The notes under the pieces are model-generated. The model was not told the origin of the DNA and did not search any database. It worked only from the letters and a program-made list of their open reading frames with translations. A stretch of 34,548 nt of DNA, from assembly GCA_964482585.1 (NCBI GenBank), contig CAYZYO010000002.1, positions 1-34,548 of the forward strand. The letters run 5' to 3'. Made by a program: the position numbers and the translations under genes. Position 1 is the stretch's first letter. Each line of letters starts with the position of its first letter. Shown here in pieces: positions 17,803 through 26,778 of the stretch. This DNA is from an uncultured Syntrophomonadaceae bacterium. GTDB taxonomy: Bacteria; Bacillota; Syntrophomonadia; Syntrophomonadales; Syntrophomonadaceae.

Positions 17803-19047
17803 TTAATCCCCAGCCTCATTTTTATACTTTAGTATCCGGTTTTCCCAGGTTCGAATTGTAACTTCATCTTTGTCCATAGATATTAAATACTGCGGCAATA
17901 AAGGTGTCTTTCCATATCCATCAGGTGCATTTACTATATAAGTAGGTATTGCTAAGCCGGATGTATATCCACGAAGTTTTTCCATAATGCCAATCCCGGT
18001 TTCAATTTTAGTAATAAAATGGGAAGTTCCCCTTACCTGTTTAGCATGGAAGATATAATATGGTCTCACTCTAATTTTTAATAGTTCATGATTAAGCTTT
18101 TTCATAACATTGGCATCATCGTTAACCGCTTTTAATAAAACCGCTTGATTTCCAAGTAATACCCCGGCCTTCACCAGCATATCACATGCTTTTTTAGCTT
18201 CCGGAGTCACTTCCATAGGACTATTAAACTGGGTATTCATATATACCGGTTCATGGTTCTCAAGTACCTGACACAATTCAGGGGTAATCCTCTGGGGTAG
18301 AGTTACTAGGGTTCTGGTCCCCAACCTTTTTAGCTCAACATGATCCATATTATCGAGTTCAGTCAAAAGCCAGTCAATAGTTTCGTTACTCAACATCAGA
18401 GCATCCCCACCGGTTATTAAAACGTCCCTGATTTCCTTATTGTTGTTGATATACTGAAGCGCTTCTTTAAGCTCCTTCCTGGTTGCATGTTCATCGTTTT
18501 CACCTATATTTCTGCGCCGCTGGCAGTGCCTGCAGTACATCGCACACTGGTTAGTAACATTAATAATTAGCCTATCTGGATAACGCCTGGTTATCCTTGG
18601 AGCCGGACATGTTTTCCCTTCCCCCATGGGATCAATTTCCCCTTTATCATCAAGCAGCTCCCTGATATCAGGAACCGATTGTTTGAATATAGGAGATTCT
18701 TTATAGTTTTCAAAATCCATTAAACTCAAATAGTATGGGGATATAGCCCATCTAAATTTTTCCGATATTCTCTCAATATCTTCTTTTTCATTTTTATTCA
18801 AGGATATAAAGCGGGAAAGGTTGGATATATCACTAATCCTGTTTCTCATCTGCCATGCCCAGTTGTCCCAGTCTTTCTGAGAAGCATTGAAATATTTAAG
18901 TATTTTTTCTCTATTCTCCCGGGTTCTTTTTATCTCTGTAAACCCGGTTTCAATTAAGTCTTTAATATCCAGATACTCTTGAATATTGCTCTTTAACTGC
19001 TCTGCTCGTTTTAACGCAATTTCCCTCTCACTATTGCTTGCGCTCAT
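17803..19047 (-). CDS. eam: KamA-family radical SAM/PLP aminomutase with the glutamate 2,3-aminomutase signature
   Basis: It has CAMYCRHCQRR (CX3CX2C) and overall colinearity with lysine 2,3-aminomutase. Where C. subterminale LAM has YIYQCDLSLG and VVDAPGGGGK, this protein has YIFHAKQVRG and IVNAPDGYGK (Asp->Lys and Asp->Asn). Confidence 0.7.
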   Translation of the reverse strand: MSASNSEREIALKRAEQLKSNIQEYLDIKDLIETGFTEIKRTRENREKILKYFNASQKDWDNWAWQMRNRISDISNLSRFISLNKNEKEDIERISEKFRWAISPYYLSLMDFENYKESPIFKQSVPDIRELLDDKGEIDPMGEGKTCPAPRITRRYPDRLIINVTNQCAMYCRHCQRRRNIGENDEHATRKELKEALQYINNNKEIRDVLITGGDALMLSNETIDWLLTELDNMDHVELKRLGTRTLVTLPQRITPELCQVLENHEPVYMNTQFNSPMEVTPEAKKACDMLVKAGVLLGNQAVLLKAVNDDANVMKKLNHELLKIRVRPYYIFHAKQVRGTSHFITKIETGIGIMEKLRGYTSGLAIPTYIVNAPDGYGKTPLLPQYLISMDKDEVTIRTWENRILKYKNEAGD

Positions 19048-19134
19048 AAAAAACCCCCCTCATTTTCTTTTATCAAAAAACTAAAAATCAGGAGGCTGTC
19101 CCCTTATTATAAATTTTATATATATAAACACCCT

Positions 19135-19262
19135 CCCTTGTAAACGCTTACGAAGTTAGCTGACGGGTTAGGGCCTAAAGGTAGCCCTTCAGATTAATTA
19201 TCTGATTAACCCCAAAAATTGGTTCCTCCGTTCTGAAATACAGATTAAGCGAAACGCACCTT
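19135..19262 (-). promoter_or_regulatory. c-di-AMP riboswitch (ydaO/kimA class) in the 5' leader of the aminomutase gene
   Basis: The minus-strand RNA reads UUCGCUUAAUCUG..CAGAACGGAGGAACCAAU..UUGGGGUUAAUCAG...AACCCGUCAGCUAACUUCGUAAGCGUU..AAGGGAGG. This follows the conserved ydaO blocks CGCUUAAUC, ACGGGGGACCCA, GGGGUGAAUC and CCGUCAGCUAACCUCGUAAGCG. 5' CGCUUA and 3' UAAGCG are complementary (P1). Confidence 0.85.
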
Positions 19263-19294
19263 AAGGTATTTTTTATTTTACCCCATTCGTTTTC

Positions 19295-19723
19295 TTATTT
19301 CAAACTTCTTGATTTATTTTTATACTTAATAATGTGGTTACATGACCAAAATATAATCAATAAAATAACAATAGCGGCTGCTGTTATCTTGTAAAGGCCT
19401 GCTCCAATAAATACCCCTAATATAGCTGTGACCCACAAACTAGCTGCAATAGACAATTCCTGGGCTTTGTTTTCTTCAGAAATCCAAATTAACCCGGTAC
19501 CTATAAAACCTAAAGCCGAAACTACTTGTGCGGTTAGTCTTCCTGGATCACTGAGCCAGGGAAAAGAAACAACCTTAAAATATTCAATTGATACTATGGT
19601 TATTAATGCTGCTCCGGTACAAATAAGCGCAAAAGTTCTAGCTGTAGGTGATTTATTGCTTACTTTACCAATTAAAATGCCAATTACAGCAGCACTAATA
19701 AGCTGGATCATATATAATTTCAT
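19295..19723 (-). CDS. MgtC/SapB family membrane protein
   Basis: 142 aa with four to five predicted TM helices. The N-terminal pattern is typical of the MgtC family (LISAAVIGILIG ... RTFALICTGAALI). Confidence 0.7.
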   Translation of the reverse strand: MKLYMIQLISAAVIGILIGKVSNKSPTARTFALICTGAALITIVSIEYFKVVSFPWLSDPGRLTAQVVSALGFIGTGLIWISEENKAQELSIAASLWVTAILGVFIGAGLYKITAAAIVILLIIFWSCNHIIKYKNKSRSLK

Positions 19724-19726
19724 TTT

Positions 19727-21239
<1,513 letters not shown>

Positions 21240-21284
21240 GGATAAGCTGTTAACTTAGTAAGCATGTTGGTTTTTTCAGCTGGC

Positions 21285-21524
21285 TTAATCTCCCCCCATT
21301 ACTGAGCTTATACCATATTTATAAAAGTGTTCTTTTAATACAGTTATTGTTGATTCACTAACCTTGAATTTTTCTGCCATCTCTTTGCTGGTACTGTTAT
21401 TTTCTATACTTTCTATAAACACTTCAAAATCTATACCAGCTTCTTCCGTCATTTCTTGTAAAGAAGGTATTCTACTCCAAGGTGGGATTGAGCCTGGATT
21501 CGTTTTAATCTTATCATGATTCAT
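21285..21524 (-). CDS. Small hypothetical protein with a C-terminal helix-turn-helix-like segment
   Basis: 79 aa with a good SD (AAAGGAGG). The segment STSKEMAEKFKVSESTITVLKEHF resembles an HTH. I do not recognise a family. Confidence 0.55.
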   Translation of the reverse strand: MNHDKIKTNPGSIPPWSRIPSLQEMTEEAGIDFEVFIESIENNSTSKEMAEKFKVSESTITVLKEHFYKYGISSVMGGD

Positions 21525-21613
21525 CTTTTATTGCCTCCTTTTTATTTAGCTTTTCCTATAGGATTTTATATTATGAAGTTTTTAATTGTATTTTGGGTAG
21601 TTACCCATTTGCG

Positions 21614-21640
21614 GCAAAAAGCTGCGTAACAACGCAGCTT
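21614..21640 (-). terminator. Intrinsic terminator downstream of ylmC/ymxH
   Basis: The minus strand reads AAGCUGCG-UUGUUA-CGCAGCUU followed by UUUGCC. Confidence 0.65.
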
Positions 21641-21720
21641 ATAATATTATCAAAATTTTATTTTTAAAGCTTAACATAAACCTTTAATAGTATTTATGTA
21701 AAAGTTTATATTGAGGACTA

Positions 21721-21866
21721 CCAATAATGAGGATTTTGCTTAATAATTATTTTATATCATTAGAACTCTCTTACATCCGTAGAGGGGACTTTAGTCTCCG
21801 GTTTGATTGTCATTTGGAGGCAAAACCAATGGAGCTAAAGATTCTTCGCTAACGCTTAGAATGACA
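21721..21866. repeat. Second intergenic repeat type carrying a degenerate GTAG-hairpin module (paralog of 30858-30962)
   Basis: About 95 nt align by eye with 30858-30950 (CCAAT..GAGRATTTGCYTAATA..ATTT.ATATCATTARAACTCT...GTAGAGGRGACTT...CCGG). Confidence 0.6.
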
Positions 21867-21923
21867 TGCTGGATTTCTGAATTATGCATACTCTCACTAT
21901 GATTAAACGTAGATGCTAATTAT

Positions 21924-22193
21924 TCAAATTGAGTTGTTTTTTAACCTCATATGAGTATCATCCAGTTCAACCACAATTACTTCCCGGCCGATTTTTTTTA
22001 TGGTTTCCCAGGGTATAACCAAATGCTGCCTATTTGTCCAAAAATTTAACATATTGCCTTTGTTGGGTAGTATTATTGAAATTACTTTTCCGCTTTCCTG
22101 TTCTATCAACATATCTGAATCGCCTACGGAACCCATTTTCATTCCATCATATATATTAACCATTTCTTTGCCGACTAACTCGTTTAACCGCAC
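21924..22193 (-). CDS. YlmC/YmxH family sporulation protein (PRC-barrel)
   Basis: The sequence (RLNELVGKEMVNIYDGMKMGSVGDSDMLIEQESGKVISIILP ... VIPWETIKKIGREVIVV) matches the YlmC/YmxH pattern. GTG start with GGGGGAG 5 nt upstream. Confidence 0.85.
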   Translation of the reverse strand: MRLNELVGKEMVNIYDGMKMGSVGDSDMLIEQESGKVISIILPNKGNMLNFWTNRQHLVIPWETIKKIGREVIVVELDDTHMRLKNNSI

Positions 22194-22252
22194 CCTTTCT
22201 CCCCCTTCAATATTATTATGATAAAACTCAAATTAATTTATAATATCTGGTT

Positions 22253-22690
22253 CTAAGTTCCGGTGTGCCCAAATCCTCCCTTTCCTCTTGAGGTATCATC
22301 AAGGTTTTTATGTTCAATAAGCTGAACCTTTTCTATCTTTGAAAAAACTATCTGGGCAATCCTTTCTCCCTTTTTTAAAATATACTCTCTATCTCCCAGA
22401 TTTATAACAATCACTTTTATCTCCCCTCTATAGTCAGCATCAATGGTACCCGGTGTATTAAGCAGGGTTATCCCATGTCTTAATGCCAGCCCACTCCGTG
22501 GTCGGATTTGACCTTCATATCCCCCGGGTATTGACATCGCCAATCCAGTAGGAATTAGAGCAAATTTTCCTGCCGGGATACATAATTCATTTTCAACTGC
22601 CGCATACAAATCCATTCCCGAAGCTCCAGGAGTCATATATTCTGGAAGTGGTAAATCAAACGAGTGTATTCTTTTCACCTGTACCTGCAT
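22253..22690 (-). CDS. dut: dUTP diphosphatase
   Basis: It has GASGMDLYA, RSGLALRHGI, GTIDADYRGEI and the C-terminal RGKGGFGHTG motifs. Confidence 0.95.
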   Translation of the reverse strand: MQVQVKRIHSFDLPLPEYMTPGASGMDLYAAVENELCIPAGKFALIPTGLAMSIPGGYEGQIRPRSGLALRHGITLLNTPGTIDADYRGEIKVIVINLGDREYILKKGERIAQIVFSKIEKVQLIEHKNLDDTSRGKGGFGHTGT

Positions 22691-22718
22691 AATTCTCTCC
22701 TTACTTTATAATAATACG

Positions 22719-23030
22719 AAAATAAATGCTTAACGCAGTCACCTTACCGGATAGAACCGTAGAGGCGACTTCAGTCGCCGCCCTTTTTCCTGAATTCCGG
22801 CTGGTCGGCGACTGAATTCGCCTCTACGGGATGGGATGAAGTCACCTCTACAGTATAAGATACGGTACATTATAAGAATTGGGGATAACTAAAGAGTTAA
22901 AGGTAAAATATTACAATTGTTCCAATACCTATTAAAACAAAAATCTGCGTTGAATCTGTGCTAAATCTGTGTTCATCTGTGGTTAATCACCTTTGCTTTA
23001 TTTTCATCGGTGGTTGTAGCATGGGTGGTT
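22719..23030 (-). repeat. Composite intergenic repeat, copy 2 (inverted relative to copy 1)
   Basis: Its reverse complement aligns with 15458-15806. It has the heptad array (22943-22981), a REPIN doublet (22758-22780 / 22806-22828) and one extra half module (22834-22851). It lacks the 45 nt equivalent to 15731-15775. Confidence 0.85.
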
Positions 23031-23049
23031 AATAAAGAATAATTAATAT

Positions 23050-24318
23050 TTACTGACTCCATTTCCGGTATTCCTTATCGGCTTTATTCAATGCATCTAC
23101 CGGTCCTATTGCTGCCAATGAAAACTTATGTCTATCTAACAGCCTGGAAGAAAAGTACTGTACCATTTCTTTATCAACACTTAAAATATTATTTATCACT
23201 TCATCTACAGGTATGAGCTTATCATACATCAACATTGATTTGCCGATTCTGTTCATACGGTTCATGACATTCTCCAGACCTAGATAGATACTCGATTTCA
23301 TCAACTGTTTGGTTCTGGACAATTCATTATCATTTACACCCTTACTTGTAAACTTCTCTATTTCTGAATATAAGACTTCAAAAAATTTTTCTATTTTATT
23401 GTTGCCTGTCCCAATGTAAATGGTATAGGCTCCGGTATCCGAATAGTTTGAAGGATAAGAATACACTGAATAGGCAAGTCCCATTTCCTCTCGTATAGTC
23501 TGAAACAACCGCGAACTCATTCCTCCACCTAAAATACTGTTCATGATACTCTGAGTATACCTATCATTATCAAAATAGGATATGCCAGGTACTCCAATAC
23601 AGATTTGCACCTGTTCCGTATCTTTGTTATTAAGGTTGATAAACGGGTAGTATCCCTGGGTTTGGGGTGATATTAACTCAGTTTCTTTAAATGACTGTTT
23701 TTGCAGATATTCTTCCACTAGATCTCTGATCCTTAATTTATTCACCTGGCCTGCAACTGCAATTACCATATTAGATGGAATGTAACAGCTCTTATAAAAT
23801 TTATAGGCTTCCTCCCGGCTGCAGTTTAATACTGATTCTGTTGTTCCTAATATAAAATTCCCCATAGGATGCTTATCCCATAATTTTTGAAAAAACAGAT
23901 CATGTATTAAATCATCAGGGGCATCTTCTAACATATTTATCTCTTCAATAATTACCCCTTTTTCCGTATTAAATTCTTTGGCTGAAAAAGCTGAATTAAA
24001 TACCATGTCAAATATTATATCAGCCGCCTTAAAAATATTTTCATCCAGGGTTCTGGCATATACACATGTATACTCCCGGGAAGTAAATGCATTCAACTGT
24101 CCCCCGAGCCCTTCAAAACTCTCAGCTATTTCGCGGGCCGACCTTTTTTCACTGCCTTTAAAGAGCATATGTTCAATAAAATGGCTTACCCCGGATAAAT
24201 GGTCTGGTTCATGCCTGGAGCCAACCTTAATATAAATACCAATAGCTGCTGATCTTACATGGGGAATTTCTTCAACTACTAGTCTCGCATTGTTAGATAA
24301 AATCCACGAATTTATCAC
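23050..24318 (-). CDS. M16 family zinc metallopeptidase (YmxG/MlpA-like)
   Basis: It has the HxxEH motif (SHFIEHMLFKGS) and a two-domain pitrilysin-like layout. GTG at 24318 has GGAGG 8 nt upstream (the track start is TTG at 24333). Confidence 0.9.
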   Translation of the reverse strand: MINSWILSNNARLVVEEIPHVRSAAIGIYIKVGSRHEPDHLSGVSHFIEHMLFKGSEKRSAREIAESFEGLGGQLNAFTSREYTCVYARTLDENIFKAADIIFDMVFNSAFSAKEFNTEKGVIIEEINMLEDAPDDLIHDLFFQKLWDKHPMGNFILGTTESVLNCSREEAYKFYKSCYIPSNMVIAVAGQVNKLRIRDLVEEYLQKQSFKETELISPQTQGYYPFINLNNKDTEQVQICIGVPGISYFDNDRYTQSIMNSILGGGMSSRLFQTIREEMGLAYSVYSYPSNYSDTGAYTIYIGTGNNKIEKFFEVLYSEIEKFTSKGVNDNELSRTKQLMKSSIYLGLENVMNRMNRIGKSMLMYDKLIPVDEVINNILSVDKEMVQYFSSRLLDRHKFSLAAIGPVDALNKADKEYRKWSQ

Positions 24319-24361
24319 TATTAATACCTCCAAAAATCACATAGTAACATTATTCTTTTAA

Positions 24362-25519
24362 TTAACCAGTAATCCTTTTTTCAGATAGCAAATTTTTTAT
24401 TGGGGTTATTAGTATATTTTCCCGGTTTATATTGTGCCCACATACAAGATCTATAATGTTAATTAATTTTCCATCAGCATAGATTTCAACTGATCCTACT
24501 TTCTGACCCCTGGCAACTGGAGCTTCAAGTAAATAATTGCAGTTTACCTTTTTTTGAATATCCGGGCTTTCTTTACCCTGAACTAAGAATAGATCGGTTG
24601 CAGGAAATATACTAGCATAAGGTGATTCTCCATTGTAAATTTTAAGCTCTTTGAAAGGTTCATTCTTATCAATATATTTTACTAATACACTCTGATTAAA
24701 GGCATAATCTAGTAAACGCTTACAATCTCCTTTTCTATCACCGGATTTGAGGACCACTGCTATAAACTGCTGCTTATTTCTAGTAGCAGCAGCTACCAGG
24801 CATTTACCAGATGCATTAGTTGTACCTGTCTTTATTCCATCGGCACCTTTATACTCAATTAACAAACCGTTGGTATTAGATATGGTAAGTGGTCTTCGGT
24901 AACCCGGATGGTTAAACTCGGTTTTTTGGGTAGCTACTAATTCACTAAGAATACTATTTTTCAGCAGGTAACGCCCGATCTGGCATAGATCATAAGCTGT
25001 ACTATAGTGATCATCTGCCGGAAGACCGGATGCGTTTTTAAAATGAGTATTAACCGCACCAATTAAAAAGGCTTTTTTAGACATAAGATGAGCAAAGAAA
25101 CTCTCATCACCTGCTATATGTTCAGCCAAAACTACTGCTGCATCATTTGATGATTTAATAAGAGATACTTTTAAAAGTTCAAATACCGATATCTCTTGTC
25201 CGGTACGAAGACCAATAGTATACTCAGGTGTTCTATCCGCATTACTGCTGACAACTGCTATTTCCTCCAGATCTGCATATTCTATTACTAAAATAGCAGT
25301 CATCATTTTAGTAGTACTGGCAATTGGCCGTACTTCATCCAGATTTTTAGATAGAATTACCTGCCCGGTAGAACCAGCCATAAGGCAATAATTATTTGAA
25401 TAAACAATTGGTGCTGCACATATTTTACCGGTTGCAATAATAAAAACATAAGCTAAAGTAAGCATAATTATTTTTATTAAAGATTTATACAGAGCTGGCA
25501 TTTTCCTTGGAATCCTCAC
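24362..25519 (-). CDS. Serine-type D-Ala-D-Ala carboxypeptidase (PBP5/DacB/DacF family)
   Basis: It has SxxK (ASTTKMMT), SxN (KSSNDAA) and KTG (IKTGTT), plus an N-terminal signal/anchor. The alternative ATG at 25501 removes most of the overlap with the upstream gene. Confidence 0.9.
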   Translation of the reverse strand: MRIPRKMPALYKSLIKIIMLTLAYVFIIATGKICAAPIVYSNNYCLMAGSTGQVILSKNLDEVRPIASTTKMMTAILVIEYADLEEIAVVSSNADRTPEYTIGLRTGQEISVFELLKVSLIKSSNDAAVVLAEHIAGDESFFAHLMSKKAFLIGAVNTHFKNASGLPADDHYSTAYDLCQIGRYLLKNSILSELVATQKTEFNHPGYRRPLTISNTNGLLIEYKGADGIKTGTTNASGKCLVAAATRNKQQFIAVVLKSGDRKGDCKRLLDYAFNQSVLVKYIDKNEPFKELKIYNGESPYASIFPATDLFLVQGKESPDIQKKVNCNYLLEAPVARGQKVGSVEIYADGKLINIIDLVCGHNINRENILITPIKNLLSEKRITG

Positions 25520-26234
25520 CTTGATCTATTAATATTTTATCAATAGTAACCATCTCATAACCTAGCTCATTTATGCTCTTTAGCATTTCCGGCAGGGCTT
25601 TACTGGTAGGATCAGTGGGATGCATGAGAATAATAGCATCATTATGCAGTTTATTGATTACCCTCTTATTAATTGTCTCCGGGTTAGGTCGCTGCCAATC
25701 AATAGTATCAATACTCCACATTATTAAATCATAATCGATTTCTGACACTGCATTCATGAGCTTCCTGTTATATTCTCCATAAGGTGAAGCAAAATAACTG
25801 GTTTTTTTACCGGTTATTTCTTTGATAGTATCTTCCGCCTTTTTTATCTGTTGTTTAGACTCAATGCTGGATAGGCTATTAAAATGAAGGTGTTTATAAC
25901 CATGGTTTTGTATACTGTGACCTTCAGTATGCATCTTTTTAAGCAGCTGCGGGTTTTTTTCAGCCCAGATACCGGTTACAAAGAATGTCACCCGGGCATT
26001 ATAGGCCTTAAACTCCTTTAACATACCGGGAATATATTCTTCCCCCCAATCAACATTAACCGTAATCGCAACTACCTTTTCCCCAGAATTTCCTTGATAT
26101 ATTGGTTGTTTTGAATGTGATGCTATACTTGAACTTTTCCCGTATATCAGGGTTGCGCAAAAAATTGCAACTAATAAAAGAAAAACTACTGCCCCTCCTA
26201 CCAGGACTTTTCTGGTTAAATAGTAAATTTTGAT
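25485..26234 (-). CDS. Polysaccharide deacetylase (NodB homology domain; YlxY/PdaB-like sporulation type)
   Basis: The track ORF starts at ATG 26024 (MLKEFKAYNARVTFFVTG ...). The frame is open for 70 more codons encoding a TM anchor and the start of the NodB domain (KIYYLTRKVLVGGAVVFLLLVAIFCATLIYG...VVAITVNVDWGEEYIPG). The only start-like codon there is ATC at 26234, 5 nt after GGAGGGGGAG. Confidence 0.75.
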   Translation of the reverse strand: MKIYYLTRKVLVGGAVVFLLLVAIFCATLIYGKSSSIASHSKQPIYQGNSGEKVVAITVNVDWGEEYIPGMLKEFKAYNARVTFFVTGIWAEKNPQLLKKMHTEGHSIQNHGYKHLHFNSLSSIESKQQIKKAEDTIKEITGKKTSYFASPYGEYNRKLMNAVSEIDYDLIMWSIDTIDWQRPNPETINKRVINKLHNDAIILMHPTDPTSKALPEMLKSINELGYEMVTIDKILIDQGEDSKENASSV

Positions 26235-26326
26235 ATTAACTCCCCCTCCTTCAAATTTTGGCTCCAGATTTACTATTTCATGATTATAAAATTATTGGAC
26301 ACTGCCTAAACCAACCTGCCAACCAG

Positions 26327-26631
26327 CCGGAGACTGAAGTCTCCTCTATGGTATAAGATGTATAAATACTACTTTTCGCTGTGGAACCTACCATGCCTGC
26401 AAGGCACTGCACCGTATCTTATGCCGTAGAGACGACTTCATCCTATGCCGTAGAGACGACTTCATCCTATGCCGTAGAGGCGACTTCAGTCGCCGGCTAG
26501 GCGCAATCCAGGATTAAAGGGCAACGACTGAAGTCACCTCTACGATTCTATCCGGTTGCTCCTGCTTTACCAAAACGACAGTGCGTGGCCAACTTATATA
26601 AGTAAGGTGACTGCGTTAAGCATTTATTTTC
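26327..26631 (+). repeat. Composite intergenic repeat, copy 3 (partial and rearranged)
   Basis: The right half (26410-26631) is colinear with 15630-15800. It has a REPIN doublet (26473-26495 / 26522-26544), an extra inverted module at 26327-26350 and a tandem 24-bp half module (26421-26468). It lacks the heptad array. Confidence 0.8.
26421..26496 (+). repeat. Tandem repeat: two perfect 24-bp units (ATGCCGTAGAGACGACTTCATCCT) followed by the full REP module
   Basis: Read directly from the sequence: 26421-26444 is identical to 26445-26468. The third unit diverges into GTAGAGGCGACTTCAGTCGCCGG. Confidence 0.9.
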
Positions 26632-26712
26632 TTACTAATCAATTCTTTTAATAGATATTCTAAAACCAACTATACTATTCAGCATTTTCTCCCTGGTAAA
26701 CAAAAATAAAAT

Positions 26713-26736
26713 CCGGAATCTTTATAAGAATTCCGG
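26713..26736 (-). terminator. Candidate terminator after the rnc / radical SAM operon
   Basis: It has a CCGGAAU / AUUCCGG stem with a 10-nt loop. On the minus strand it is followed by AUUUUAUUUUUG. Confidence 0.55.
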
Positions 26737-26778
26737 GTTTTATATTTTTTACTTATTCATCCCCGGGCAAAATTTTCA

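Noticed and set aside
19048-19294. A lysine (L-box) riboswitch or T-box upstream of a lysine-aminomutase-like gene
   Set aside because: The leader lacks the L-box core and the T-box AGGGUGGUACCGCG motif. It matches the ydaO/c-di-AMP blocks instead.
21829-21852. A mini-ORF MELKILR* with GGAGG 9 nt upstream on the + strand (possible leader peptide)
   Set aside because: It lies inside the degenerate REP-like repeat, on the strand opposite to all neighbouring genes, with nothing downstream to regulate. It is most likely fortuitous.
26421-26548. Possible CRISPR array, suggested by repeated units of about 24 bp containing a palindrome
   Set aside because: The units are directly adjacent with no unique spacers. 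There are only two and a half of them. They are the 5' half of the interspersed GTAG-hairpin module seen elsewhere, and no cas genes are nearby.
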